The notes beneath the pieces are model-generated. The model saw only the letters and a program-made list of their open reading frames with translations, made no database searches and was not told where the DNA came from. A stretch of 64,000 bases of DNA, taken from positions 38,390,464 through 38,454,463 of the forward strand of contig NC_043011.1 in the NCBI RefSeq assembly GCF_006345805.1, read 5' to 3'. This DNA comes from Octopus sinensis (taxonomy: Eukaryota). This document shows positions 13,558 through 26,180 of this stretch, piece by piece (within the stretch, counting starts at the first letter, position 1; every line of letters starts with the position of its first letter). A program made the position numbers and the translations under genes.

Positions 13558-13745
13558 TCAATAATAATTATAATAATATTAATGATGATAATAACATCGA
13601 AGAATACATTTGGAATGAGAACCCAGGTTCAAAATTTCCCCAAGACACCTGATGAAAGCTGGAAGGTATATCAGCCGAAACGTTGTGTTAACTACAAACA
13701 AGATGAGGATAAATCTCCTATAAATGTAAATAATGTAAATAATAG
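13411..13745 (+). mobile_element. Composite repeat: tRNA-like head, (TAA)n, hammerhead-containing tail (copy 1)
   Basis: Head ggttaagag..gaattcgattcc has A/B box-like motifs; (TAA)n 13483-13590; tail ggaatgagaacccagg..caagatgagga..tgtaaataatgtaaata recurs at 16998-17398. Confidence 0.75.
13644..13689 (+). ncRNA. Minimal PLE-type type I hammerhead motif, slightly degenerate
   Basis: gacac-CTGATGA-aa-gctg(gaaggtatat)cagc-c-GAAA-cg-T-T-gtgtt; stem I gacac/gtgtt; A-C mismatch at the base of stem II. Confidence 0.65.
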
Positions 13746-13760
13746 TTATCATTATTATTA

Positions 13761-14480
13761 CTAGCAGAAAAACCGCTCTTTCACATTTGATTCCCAATTC
13801 TAATATTTTTTATATTTTACGTTAAGTTATTTCCTTGTGCAACAGAGCTCATTTACTTATTAAATATTACTTTCATTATTTTATCATAGTATTAATCACT
13901 CTCTTTTAAACAAACATCAAGGTAGTTCAACTATGTATGGGGAGCCGTTTATCAAGTTTTACTTTTCCCTCAAAGCAACATAGAAATTTCAGTTCAGCAG
14001 CCCATGTGTAAGCTTTGCAGTATGAACCAACGTTGTCAAAGAGACTCCCTGTAGTATGTGGCTGTACAATAGACTGGATAGCATGTTCTTGAAAATCATC
14101 GAAACTGGCTTTCATTGCTGATCATTTAACAGAATTTTTCCTAGTTTGGAAATTCTTTCGTAAATATTCGGTTTTGTCTCTTAGCATCCTGTTTGTTGGT
14201 ACTGGTGTTTCTGTTTCTATCTCACTTATGTTTCAAAGGCTTCCCATTTGATACTGATTATCAATTGACAGCTGAAGAGTCACAGACGGTGAAAGCTGGC
14301 TGAGTGACTTATTCTCCTCTCGAGATACTCTAACCAGTGAGTCATGTGTAGCGGAAATACAATCATCTCTACTTCTATGCGCATATTCAAACATTTGTTT
14401 CAATCGCTTAGCCCTGGCTTTATCTGATTCATTTTCCCGTCTTTCTCTCTGCCGTTGTGCCTTTGATGCTCAGTGTTTTT
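13761..14480 (-). mobile_element. Internally deleted Helitron: Rep/Hel N-terminal remnant plus CTAG 3' end
   Basis: One frame with two stops reads ASKAQRQRERRENESDKARAKRLKQM..NVGSYCKAYTWAAELKFLCCFEGKVKL, matching the Helitron N-terminal C-x2-C..CC..GKV.L motif; ends ..ttctgCTAG|T at 13761; 5' end not located. Confidence 0.7.
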
Positions 14481-15409
14481 TCTCAATCGCATATTTTTTT
14501 CAACAACCCATGTTGAGTTGCAAAATTCTAAAGTGATATTTGTGTAATAGCGAAGCAAAACCGGAAGTGTGTGTTTATATTACTGAGACATTGCATGCTT
14601 ATATTAGAGACATAGTGTGTGCGTGAGAGATAGGGAGAGAGAACGTTGCAAACAATGAATGAAATAAATATGAAATGAAAAAGTCGTATAAATAAAAGCT
14701 TGTTAAAATCCATTCTTCTACCGAATATTTAAATTTGTGAACTTCAAATATTCAATGGTAAAAGGAAGTTCAGAAAGTAAATTTTCTTGAAAACCTCAAT
14801 TTATAAACACTCTCACTTGCTTAGTAAATATTTCTTTCAGCAATTTATCATAGTTGTAATATATCTCTAATTTAGACAAACGTCAGGGTAACCCAACTGT
14901 GTTTAGCATACTAGAAATAGCAGCGATCACATAGTTATTATTTTAAGGCTTATAGCGTTCCAAACAGTTATACCAACAAAATCACTTCTTAATTTTTTTA
15001 ATATTACGCATATATGATGAACTGTGGGTTTTCAAACAGCGAATCAAAACTTGAAATGAAAACATTGAAATGAATATATATTAAATTATCATTTAGAGCA
15101 ATAGAGGTGAGAAAGAGTGACAGATTTTTACAAATGAAAACTGAAATATTTGTGTGCAACGAATTAATATTCTTTATTAAACATTAAAATCTAATTCGCA
15201 ATGCATACAGCGAATATTTAAATTTGTGAGAAGTTGTAGTTCGGATATTCAATAAACAACAGAAATCGAAATTACAAGTAATTACAAGTAATTACAAGTA
15301 ATTTCTTATAAAAAAATTTCCAGATGATCAAGCCTTTAATAATTGCTTTCTTTTAGTAAATGTAACTACCTAATTAATAAGCTGCTTTCTCGATTATAGA
15401 GTATTAATT

Positions 15410-15441
15410 TTATTATTATCATCATGATCATCATAATCATG

Positions 15442-15482
<41 letters not shown>

Positions 15483-15620
15483 CACCATCATCATCATCAT
15501 TATTATGTTTATTATTATTATACCCATTATTATCACCATCATCATCATCATTATCATCATCATTATTATTATTATTGTTATTATTATGGTTGTGGTAGTG
15601 TTGGTTGTTGTTCTCGTTGT
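15410..15620. repeat. (ATT)n/(CAT)n/(GTT)n trinucleotide tract
   Basis: Directly visible. Confidence 0.95.
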
Positions 15621-16651
15621 TATTGACAGGACATCAGACTTTGATCTTGCCTCGTTTTTACATGATGCGTGTGTAGTTACATGAACAATTAAATTGGAAA
15701 TATATATTGGTTTACTAAAGAAATATTCTAAGATAAAATATGTGTGATATATTTTCAACATAAAAGCAAAAGCAGGTGTGAAGTTGTCTATAAGAGGAAA
15801 AACAGAAAATGAAAAAGCAATTTCATCCTTATAAGATCGCTAAAAATTCAAACATTATTTACTAGCATGTAAGTATTGGATATAAAAAAAAATTTAGAAG
15901 TTAGAAATATTATATATTTGTATATGTACAGAGATGCCCGAATTGATGCTTTGTGGAGAAAGACAGAGGATAATATATACACACCAGTATATGGACGGGT
16001 GTATGTGAGTAAATGTAAATAAATATAGATGATTCACTAGGTATAAAACCTTCCTCTTAAAAACCGTACTATAAAGTCAACTAGAAACTTTCCTACATGC
16101 ACAGTCTTATCACTCAGTCCAATAGTGTTTAAAGACTTAATAGATTGTATGGATACACATATCCATACAAATAAATTTATACATACATGCACAAACACAC
16201 ATGTACACATATATGTTCATAGAGAAATAGAGAGAGAGAGAGAGATAAGGAGAGAGCCATGCAATCAAATCCTACACATTTTGGCTAATCCGGAGATTTC
16301 CTCTCCGTAGTTGGCAGAGAGATACAAATCTGTCAAACGAGCGATCTATATTAAACTTTTATGAAAACTCTGTCAGAGTTAGGTCAGTCATGTCTGATCG
16401 CAAAACAGCGCGGTTAATTTATAGAGTACAAAACCATGCGCAAACACACATATACACACAGATAGACACAAACATGCTCGTCAGTGCACACACACACATA
16501 CACACACATAATTTCATCTAAATTGGTTTGACTAATTTCCATAACACTGAGGGCGAAGAAAACGTGATTCAATTAATTAATTAATTCAAGCGTAACACAG
16601 CTTTAGGACATAAGTACACACACATACACACACTCTCACACACACACAAGT

Positions 16652-16691
<40 letters not shown>

Positions 16692-16844
16692 GTGTGCATA
16701 TATATATATATGTATGCATATATACATGTATAATATTTATATATGCCTGTGTGTGTGTCTATATATATATACATATACGTATATGTATATATATATATAT
16801 GTATATATATATAGACACACACAAACTTTTATATATATAATATA

Positions 16845-16892
<48 letters not shown>

Positions 16893-16997
16893 GGAGATAT
16901 ACCACTGTGAATTCAAAAATTAAATTGATTAACATAATTTTATATTAAAATGTATTCTTATAATAATATAATATAATAAATAATAATATTAAATACA

Positions 16998-17121
16998 AAT
17001 TAAGAGCGCGTGCTACAAATCCCAAGATTCCGAGTCCGATTCCACGCTGTGACATGAATAATAATAATAATAATTATAATAATAATAATATAATAATAAT
17101 AACAATAATAATAATAATAAC

Positions 17122-17161
<40 letters not shown>

Positions 17162-17179
17162 TAATAATAATAATAATAA

Positions 17180-17210
<31 letters not shown>

Positions 17211-17398
17211 AAGAAGAAGAAGAAGAAGGAGAAGAAGATCGAAAAACACCTTAGGAATGAGAACCCAGATTCCAAATTTCCCCAAAACACAAGATGAAGG
17301 CGGGAAATGTTGTGTTAACAACAAACAAGATGAGAACAAATATCCCTCAAATGTAAATAATGTAAATAAAATTCCTCATCTCATAAATATAGAAATTA
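16998..17398 (+). mobile_element. Composite repeat: tRNA-like head, (TAA)n(GAA)n, tail (copy 2; hammerhead stem II deleted)
   Basis: Same head and tail as 13411-13745; the ribozyme region is reduced to acacaagatgaaggcgggaaatgttgtgtt. Confidence 0.75.
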
Positions 17399-17416
17399 CA
17401 TACAATTGTTTCGATT

Positions 17417-17457
<41 letters not shown>

Positions 17458-17544
17458 GATGGACGTCTTCCAATTTCCTTCAACCAAATACATTCACATA
17501 GACTCTGGTTGGCCCGTTATCCGATTTAAAAAAATCTTTTTACT

Positions 17545-17710
17545 CAAGGCACAAGGCCGGAAATTTAGTTGGAGGGGCCAGTCGGTTTGATCGACCCCAG
17601 TACGCAACTGGTACTTAATTTATCGACCCCGAAACGATGAAGGGCAAAGTCGACCTCGGCGGAATTTGAACTCAGAACGTAAAGACAACGTCTGTCAGCT
17701 CGCCGCCTTA
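17545..17710 (-). mobile_element. SINE family C fragment
   Basis: gtcgacctcggcggaatttgaactcagaacgtaaagac and atcgaccccagtacgcaactggtactt. Confidence 0.8.
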
Positions 17711-18295
17711 TCAGAGTTAAATAACAACTAGAACTAATATAATTAAAATTGATTTGACTTACTGATATGGCTCACTCTTATTTTCTTTCCAGTGTGTAAG
17801 GGGCATTGAGCAGCAAGCTTAGTTGTTTCTAGTTCATCTGCTACACGTCTATTTTCCATCGTGAAACCGGCCCTCATGCAGTTGATTTTCTACTGGAATA
17901 TCCGTTTTCAGGAGTTCTTGAGCCGGTCCTTTGCACGTTTACCTTCTGAAAGTAGAGTGGTTAGCATTCACAAGCTGAGACCCCTATCAAAACCATTGAA
18001 ACGTGAGGCACCATTGTTTTGCTGTACTTTATGTATCCGTAGATAGTTTGAGGACTGGACGGCGAGAGTTAAATATTTCAATTTCAACGTAGTTAAGTAT
18101 CGTATAGTGATGTACAAATACATGAATCATTAATATTGTCCTAAAATTTAATTTTGAGTTTTATTGCTGCAACGTTCATATTGCTCAAATATTATCAAAA
18201 TATTCTCTTAAACACTTAAGTCATTTCAGGTACGTACAACACTGCAACCATAGTAATATGTCATCTAAGATTTATTTCATTCATGCAAACTTCTG

Positions 18296-18790
18296 AAGCC
18301 GGAGCGGAGCGAGCCAGCCGAACATACGGGAAGCAATTATCGTGGATCGAAATTTCTGGTTCTATGAAACGGAACTTTTACTTTCAAACTTCATATTTAA
18401 ATAATTTAATTCAAATATGTGGTTTCAAAATAAAAGTTCCGATTTCTTTATAGCCCTTTATGGGTAATAAAGAAATCGGAACTTTTACTTTTAAACTTCA
18501 TATTTAAATTAAATTATTTCATCATAATTTTGATCATATTTGAATATTATCATGCGTAATATTTCAAAGTTATTTTACAAACTACCACAAACTACTTTTC
18601 ATAATTAATTGAATAATTTTTATAATTATTTGAAGCATATATCCAATATATTTCATCAGGTATATAATTACTAAATGGTTAAGTAATCAAATTTCAGTTA
18701 TAATCAGTTTACTATCCATATATTACGTAAAGCGTAACGTAAGCGGGCGTTGACAGATTCGGTTTCCGGATTTGCTTACTATATATATTA
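18296..18790. repeat. Unclassified repeat with a perfect 21-bp hairpin and an internal direct repeat
   Basis: Arms 18431-18451 and 18468-18488 are exact reverse complements; cggaacttttactt..aaacttcatatttaaat occurs at ~18370 and ~18478; gagcggagcgagc at the left end. Confidence 0.5.
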
Positions 18791-19048
18791 AAATGGAATG
18801 GATTACCAATTAACTGAGTAATTTAATTATAATAGATAAAATTTAATACATTATTTCATCACTTTTCTAAAATTGCTGTACAAATAAAATTTAGAGTGAT
18901 TATACATGTACCATTGCAGCACGTAGTTTAGTATATTTTGGTAAGTTGTTTCAAGAAAGAAAGCATATTTTTGACTACGACTTATGTTAAGGTTGTATAT
19001 GTATATTCGTATACAGGCATTTGTGTAAGTGCGCGCGCACATACACAG

Positions 19049-19094
<46 letters not shown>

Positions 19095-19629
19095 TTGTTA
19101 AAGAGGACAACAAAGTTTAAGGCAAGACAAACATCTCATATAAGTTATTGTTATTGGAAAAATTATATATCCGCTACATCGAAAATCTACAATAGCCTCA
19201 TAACTGTCGTTTCGGTATATATATATATGTATGTATATATATATATAAGAATGTGTAAATGCATGTATGTAAGTGTGCAATATCGTGGGTTTGATTCCCA
19301 GACCGGTGGCGTCTTGTATTGTTGAGCAAAATACAGTTCATGCCACCTTGCTTCACATCGGTTGGCTGTCCATAGGTAAATAGGGAGCTCTCTGACAGAC
19401 GAGCGTTTCGTCCTGGAGGAAGAGTGGTCTGCCAACTTTGCCATGGCGACGGTATTTTATAAAAGCTACAACAACGTAGGGAAGCATATTTTGAATAGCG
19501 TTTACAACATCTTGTAGCTTGGTCGATATATGTATATGTATATATATATATACATATATAGATAAATATATATATATTATATATATATATATATATATGT
19601 GTGTTAAATAGACATACACACGCACACAC

Positions 19630-19669
<40 letters not shown>

Positions 19670-19974
19670 CTTATAATTTAGGGTATATAAGAGACACCCC
19701 CACGCTGGAAATAGCAGCCAAAACTCGACTCTAAAATCAGCGTGGTTGTATCTCTTAGATATCCCAAATTATAATTATAATAATAATTATTAACTTTGAA
19801 GGTTTTTATTCCCATGCTGGTCACCTGATAAGACCGGTATTTAAATAACGATCTTATCCTTATTTATATAAATTTATATATTTATTTCGTCCTTACATTT
19901 ACTGCAGTGGTATAAATAACACTGACAAACAAAATATACACCGCCGGAGGTTCTTGTTGACAAACAACAGCAGT

Positions 19975-20160
19975 AATTTTATTCAGCTGAATTCACGTCA
20001 TTGATTGGTTGAAATTACCGAAATAAGACAACTTTAACGTGAAATAACTTTGTAAATATAAGCTTTTCTCTAAAATGCTAAGAGTAAAAGATGTTTTATA
20101 TGACACATTCTACCAGTGTCTGAAGTTTGAAAGTGTTTAGTTACAAAAATTATTTTTTAT
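19975..20160. mobile_element. Fragment related to the MITE at 23111-23524
   Basis: Shared blocks attgattggttgaaatt, aaaagatgtttt, acacattctaccagt and tttagttac. Confidence 0.6.
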
Positions 20161-20169
20161 TCTATAGGT

Positions 20170-20578
20170 CAAAAGCTAAATCTCAAGAGACTCCTAACAA
20201 AGGCGAGATTCGCATTTGAAAAAGAAATGATGAAAGTGACCAACTGTAGAGACCCCTGTTGTGGGGCATGTGAATTAATTGAGCAAGGGAAAATCAAAAG
20301 ACTCAAGAATGGGAAAGAATAAAAAGTGAATGCAAACGTGAATTGTAAAACAAAAAGCCTCAACTGTTCCTCATGTTCACGCAGTCGTGTAGATGTGCGT
20401 CAACAATAAATTGGGGATTTATCTCTTAGGAATGCCCCATGCACTGAACATGTAGATATCTTTGCAATTGGGAAGATATTCCCATTTTACAAAATGAACG
20501 TTGAAAATCTACAACTTTGTAAGGCAAAAGACGAATACTCTATAAGAATTCTAAATCTGAAATTAAGCCGAAAATAGC
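20170..20578 (+). pseudogene. Penelope-like element C-terminal GIY-YIG endonuclease remnant
   Basis: A single frame with two stops reads KLNLKRLLTKARF..VTNCRDPCCGAC..VNANVNCKTKSL-NCSSC..RNAPCTEH..IFPFYK..KAKDEYSIRILNLKLS, matching the PLE N-L-K..L..A-K-F, C-x4-C-x2-C and IFPFYK..KE..FI..P.LN pattern; the GIY motif itself is deleted. Confidence 0.75.
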
Positions 20579-20850
20579 CAACATAATAAACAATTGTAAT
20601 GGAACAGTTATGACCAAAAGTCCGAAAATAAACCGGGATTTATGCTACCAAAAAATTAAAAACTTCTTCTTTAAGAGCACGTGTGTTTGAAAAGGTTTAA
20701 CGAAAGCGCTCACACACTAGAAAAAAAACTTCCAAAAAAGATTAGTCATATTCTCGTAAAAGAATTCATTACATTTTCTTTAAAAATATTTTTTTTTAGA
20801 TCATCTTTACACTTGAAAAACTGTATTTAATAATCCTCAGAGGCTTGCAA

Positions 20851-20933
<83 letters not shown>

Positions 20934-23110
20934 GGTATGTGTGTACATATACGTACACACACACACATATATATGCAAACACATATACAAATGCATGCAA
21001 ATATACGCGCATGTATATGTGTGTGTGCATACATACCTCCATGCAGGTATATTTACATGCATGCATATTTGAGTGTTGCTTTGCATGCGTAGATTTATAC
21101 TTTGCACTAGGTCAGGAAACATAAATATTGTAGATTAATTCCCATTACTTGACTTTATAAATAAATCATTATTTATGCTACAACACGTCACGTTTATTCA
21201 CTATAATAATGAATTATAAGTCAAATAAAACACCGACAGGAATTCAATGTTGAACCTTAAATCACTTGAGACCTTTGTCAATAAACATTCTTTTAAATAA
21301 GAATAACTGAAGCACCTCTTTTACGTTTGTGAACTAAATTCCGTGATTTGCAGCGGGAATAACATTCTGTGAATGTCTATAGGAAGAAATAAAACCAAGA
21401 ATGAAGATATCTGGTGAATTGCTGGACTTGTTCAAATGATAATAACAGATTAAAGCTTGTTGAGATATGATCTTAATACATCACATATCTCTTAGTCAGG
21501 ATTGAGGACGGGATCCTTGATAATTTGGAATACATCAGTCTTCAAAGAGGAGTCCTGCTTGCAATAGGTTGGAGTTATCTACAATAATTGGTGGTGTCAA
21601 ATTTTGATATTAAACTAGGCGTCGAACTACGGCACGGCTGGATTTGAACTTATATGAAAAGTACTGCAACAAATTATTTAAGGCATTCGGTCTTACATAG
21701 TTTAAATTTCTGTCAATTCATTGGCAAGGATTGGTAAGTTTTTCTACGAGTCTGAATAAAATTAAAATAATAGTTTTGACCACAACAATATTTCAACTCA
21801 GAGCATAGACAATCATAACTTAAACCACGAGCAACTCTAGTCCAGGGATGGGAAACCTTTTTGTGCATGAAGACCACCTTACAATTCATCATGCCGCATT
21901 GAAAAAATTACTTTCCTTGTTTTAGTTATTTTATCCCCTAAGTAATTTATTAGTAATCTAATGAAAAAAAGACAGGTGTGTAGAAATTGAAAGCATGACT
22001 TTTCAAATATTTTTTTACAGTAATTGCTTTTATAGAAATAATAAGTATATGAATAATACGGAAAGCACGACAGTTTTCAAATATTTTATTTACGCAATTA
22101 AGTACCTTTTATACTAATTAATGACTTCTTTGAATTTGCTTTTTTAAAGAAAACATTTTGATATCAGGCGCTAACATAGTGGTGCTTAACTTCACCTGGT
22201 CTTCCAAATGCTCATCTATCAATTGCGTTCTCAGTGAATTCTAAGTTTGTATCATGTACAAGAATGTGGATTAACAACAGAATGTTAATGAAAAACAGGA
22301 AATTAGTCAGCCTGCTTGTTCACGAAGAAGAAGATATTCTTCCACAGTTTTCCAAATTTCGATGGAATTTTCCCTCTTGTCAAACAGAGATTTCAGGTTA
22401 TTGTCTTCAGACATTTCAATAAGCTCGATTTGTAACTCTTCGGGAGTCTCTGATACATTAACTAAGTGAGGCTGAAAAGCAAGTTTCAGAGTGAAGTTGT
22501 TTTTTTTTTCAAAATCATTGAATCTTTTATTATATTCTTTTATTAACGAGTCTAAAACTGATTCGTATTCTTCAATAGATTCATAGATATCTTCTTCATT
22601 TTCACTCATTACTTTCGTAAGCTGAGGAATATGATCTTCTGAAAGTTTTGATTAGGCCAAAGGGAACATTTTTTCTAAATGCCCAACATTTTTGCCATAT
22701 GTCATAAATACATTTATTTTTGCCTTGCAACGAAATATTTAACTCATGTTGCTTTGACATCGCATCACATAAAAATGCAACATATCTGTAAAAATTTGGA
22801 CCTGATAACTCACAATGTTGTTTTCTCTGAAAAAGTCAATTATTCCCTTCGTAAAGACAGAAAATTTCCTTTGCCACGACCAACGTTCTTTTGAGTGATA
22901 AGGCAAATCCGCATCAATTACTTTGTCATCCATCATCGGCACGTTTCGACATTGACGATTCAAGCCATTTTGCACAGAGATTTTGCTGAATGAAAAAAAA
23001 ATCAGTACATTCGCTTCTTTGGTACTCTTTTAAGACGTGCAATAAATCTTTCATTTCAGCTATTATAGCTGGAACACCATCTGCGCACACACGAAATTAG
23101 TAAAATTTAG

Positions 23111-23524
23111 GGATCTTTTCGGCTTGAACGGCAGTTTTTTCTAGCGGTGTCATATGAAATTGTCACACATAATTATGACCCTAGAATCGATCTATTGCAT
23201 TTCAATCTCTTTTAGGGTTAGTTAGGGTTAGGGGTGGGGAAGGGTATCTTTTTTCTTCACAAATGTAAATAAACCCAATCTATTTCTTAAACGACGGACA
23301 TATTCACACAACACAGAATGTTTTTTAACTCAATGGACGTAATTGATTGGTTGAAATTGCAGAAATTGAAGAAAAAAAACAACATATTACAAACTATAGA
23401 ATTTTCTCAATAAAGCCAAGAGAAAAAGATGTTTTCTAAACACATTCTACCAGTATACGAAGTTTAAAATTTTTTAGTTACCTAGAAATTATGTTAAAAA
23501 CTGCCGTTCATACCGAAAAGATCC
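23111..23524. mobile_element. MITE with ~29-bp TIRs and an 8-bp TSD
   Basis: TIRs ggatcttttcggcttgaacggcagttttt / aaaaactgccgttcataccgaaaagatcc; TSD AAATTTAG at 23103-23110 and 23525-23532. Confidence 0.92.
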
Positions 23525-23583
23525 AAATTTAGTCCTATTTTATGGCATTGTTCTTCGAAGTTGTTCAAAATATCTATACCTCG

Positions 23584-23837
23584 TGCCGACGGGCATATGG
23601 CGTACTAACCCCAATATTCCGAGTTCGTCTCCAGGCAGTGACCTTAATAACAATTAAGGCGGCGAGCTGGCAGAAACGTTAGCACGCTAGGCGAAGTGCT
23701 TAGAGGTATTTCGCTCGTCGCTTTGCCTTTCATCCTTTCGAGGTCGATAAATTAAGTATCAGTTGTGCACTGGGGTCGATCCATTCGACTGGGTCCCTCC
23801 CTCAAAAATGTCGGGCCTTGTGCCTAGAGTAGAAAAG
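23584..23837 (+). mobile_element. SINE insertion (short tRNA-like head plus family C body) with a 15-bp TSD
   Basis: TSD aatatctatacctcg at 23569-23583 and 23838-23852. Confidence 0.88.
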
Positions 23838-25454
23838 AATATCTATACCTCGCGTCCATCCTTTAAGGTTGCCTCAAGCAAATAATTCTTCATGTAATTG
23901 AAAATCATCAACAGTTATGGTACGAATAAAATACAATTCTTGTATTGAATCTGTGGAATTTGTTGATTTATCCAAAGCTACTGAGCAATATACATATTCT
24001 TTTGGGATTATATTTTTCAATTGCTCTGTTACATTACAGGCCGATTCATGCTGTTGGTCTGTATTAGTCCTTCTTGAAAAAGGCACCCCTTTATATTTGT
24101 TAACTTTATCAGGATCTATACATCCTGCCACTTCTAGAACACATCTATTTATGAGTTCTGCATCGCTGAATGGCTTACTTTTTTTCCAAGCAAATATGCA
24201 ACTTTATAGCTGGTTTCTGTCGTAGCATTCCCTTGATGCAACAAAAATTGGAAAAATTGCATTGCTTTTGTTTTCCATATTTCAATTTCTGCAATGCTAT
24301 CTTTGGGTACTCACCCTCTAATTTGGCATATTTATTGTCTTTGAGAAGAACATAATGTTGCTGTGCATTGGATTTCTTAACCGTTACAATTGCAGTATCA
24401 CAAAACAAGCAAGACGTTCTACGTCCACTATTTACTAAAAAATATTGCAATTCCCATTCTTCATTCAAGATCCTGTTTTCTTCTTTCACATTTCGTTTTA
24501 ATTTTTTGACATAATTTGGGGTTAAAACGAAATGTATTTATTCTGAAAAACCATAAAAAAATAAAAGTTTAATAATGAGTTAGTAAACTCGGCCGCACAC
24601 TGACCCAAATAAAACAGTTTTAGAACAGACACGATAAACTCGCATCCAATACAACGGGATATGAAGTATCTGATACACAAAAAGAAGGGACCTTCACATC
24701 TGGGGATTCGTGATGTAGACTTATTTTTGGTTTTTACTTTCTTATAACATTTCGAGACTAAACAACATCATAGTTTAGCTATAAATTTTTTCTGTAATTA
24801 GTACTATTATTTATCATCACCTAATTGTTGCAGAATTAACGTCAAATATCGACGGTTCCAATCACACAACATAATGGCAATTGTGAAAGTTATGACCAAG
24901 ATCCCAAGAACATGGTTTTGGACGCTGACTGGTAGGGTCTGTTCTAAGACAGTTTTGTGTGAAGCAGTGTGCAGCCGGCTTCACAGAGTACGATCACTGT
25001 ATCACTTATCAAGTCTCAATGATAAAAAGCAATTCTGTAAAATTAACGCACGCACTGATGGATTTACGGTTTCAAATAAGGCAACAACTAACTCATTCGC
25101 ACAAAACAAGTCAGTAAGACGTTAACCACGACTACGCAATTACTGAGTAAAGTACGTAGTACAGATGACAATGAAAAGATGGACGAGACAGGAACTCTTC
25201 GTGTATCATAGAGGAAGTCACTTACTTCCATTAGGCTGGTGCAGCAGACAAGGAAATATTACCTTTATATACTTGTTGCTTTGAGTTTAAATTCATTGGG
25301 TTCAAAGAAAAATGCTTCCAATCTCTGGCAGTGACACTACTAAACACAGTTAACTTTCCTTTCGTCTATGAGTGTGTGCATTGTAAATTTAAGGCGTATA
25401 TTGATTTTAGACCAAAAATATTCAATGTCAAAAAAGAAATAAAATATAATGGAG

Positions 25455-26180
25455 ATTGATTATGGTCAATGATAGCGTGAGAAGAATTAGTGAGTGAGAA
25501 GCAGCCAGATCTAAGATCAACCAGTGCATTAATGGGTAAAGTTCTAGGGAAAATGCCGAATTGGAAGGTCCCAGGACCAGATTTAGTTCAAGGGTACTGG
25601 CTAAAGAACTTTAGTAGTTTACATGGGAGGCTGAGGGAACAACTTCAGGATTGCCTTAATGGAAGAATAATACCAGACTGGATGACTAGAGGGAAGACAA
25701 TACTCATTATGAAAGATAAGAGCAAGGGTAATACAGCTACCATTAGTGTGGAAGCTATTAACAGCAATACTTTCAGAAAGCTTTTACGAACACCTTGACA
25801 ATCATAATTTACTGCCAGAAGAACAGAAATGTTGCAGGAAGAAGGCTAGAGGAAGGCATCATTTATCATATATCGACAAAGCGGTTCTAAATGAAGTAAC
25901 AGCTAGAAAGATAAATCTAACCATAGCACGGATAGGTTATAGGAAAGCCTATGACATGACCCCACACTCATGGATAAATGAACGCGTGAGTATATTCAGT
26001 ATAGATAAGAGAATTAATTAGCTTTAGCATGAAGAAATGGAAAGTAGATCTCTACTCAGGTGACAGAATCTTAGGGAAAGTTAATATCAAAACAGGAATT
26101 TTACAGTGGGACTCGTTTCCCCCTTTAATGTTAGTCTTATGTTTGATCTCTCTCAGTTTAGTATTAAGGAAGGTAAAGGC
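25455..26180 (+). mobile_element. R4/Dong-type reverse transcriptase fragment (domains 0-4), frameshifted
   Basis: KMPNWKVPGPDLVQGYWLK, MWKLLTAIL, YRKAYDMTPHSWI and GILQWDSFPPL (GIFQGDSLSPL-like). Confidence 0.9.

Larger units (their letters stand above)
21843..24600 (-). mobile_element. Decayed hAT (Charlie/SPIN, GTF2IRD2-like) DNA transposon
   Basis: Left TIR cagggatgggaaacc next to CTCTAGTC, which resembles the Charlie target; frames EWELQYF..CLFC, VALDKST, CADGVPAII, DLPYHSKERW, KRFNDFE..ELQIELIEM; right terminus not found. Confidence 0.88.

Noticed and set aside
14270-14300. CTGAAGA..GAAA hammerhead-like string
   Set aside because: No stem I, G at position 17, and it lies inside the Helitron frame; likely chance.
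19826-19860. CTGATAA followed by a hairpin, near the PLE remnant
   Set aside because: No GAAA or stem III follows; too degraded to call.
23212-23235. TTAGGG-like repeats
   Set aside because: Only a few imperfect units inside a MITE; not an interstitial telomere.
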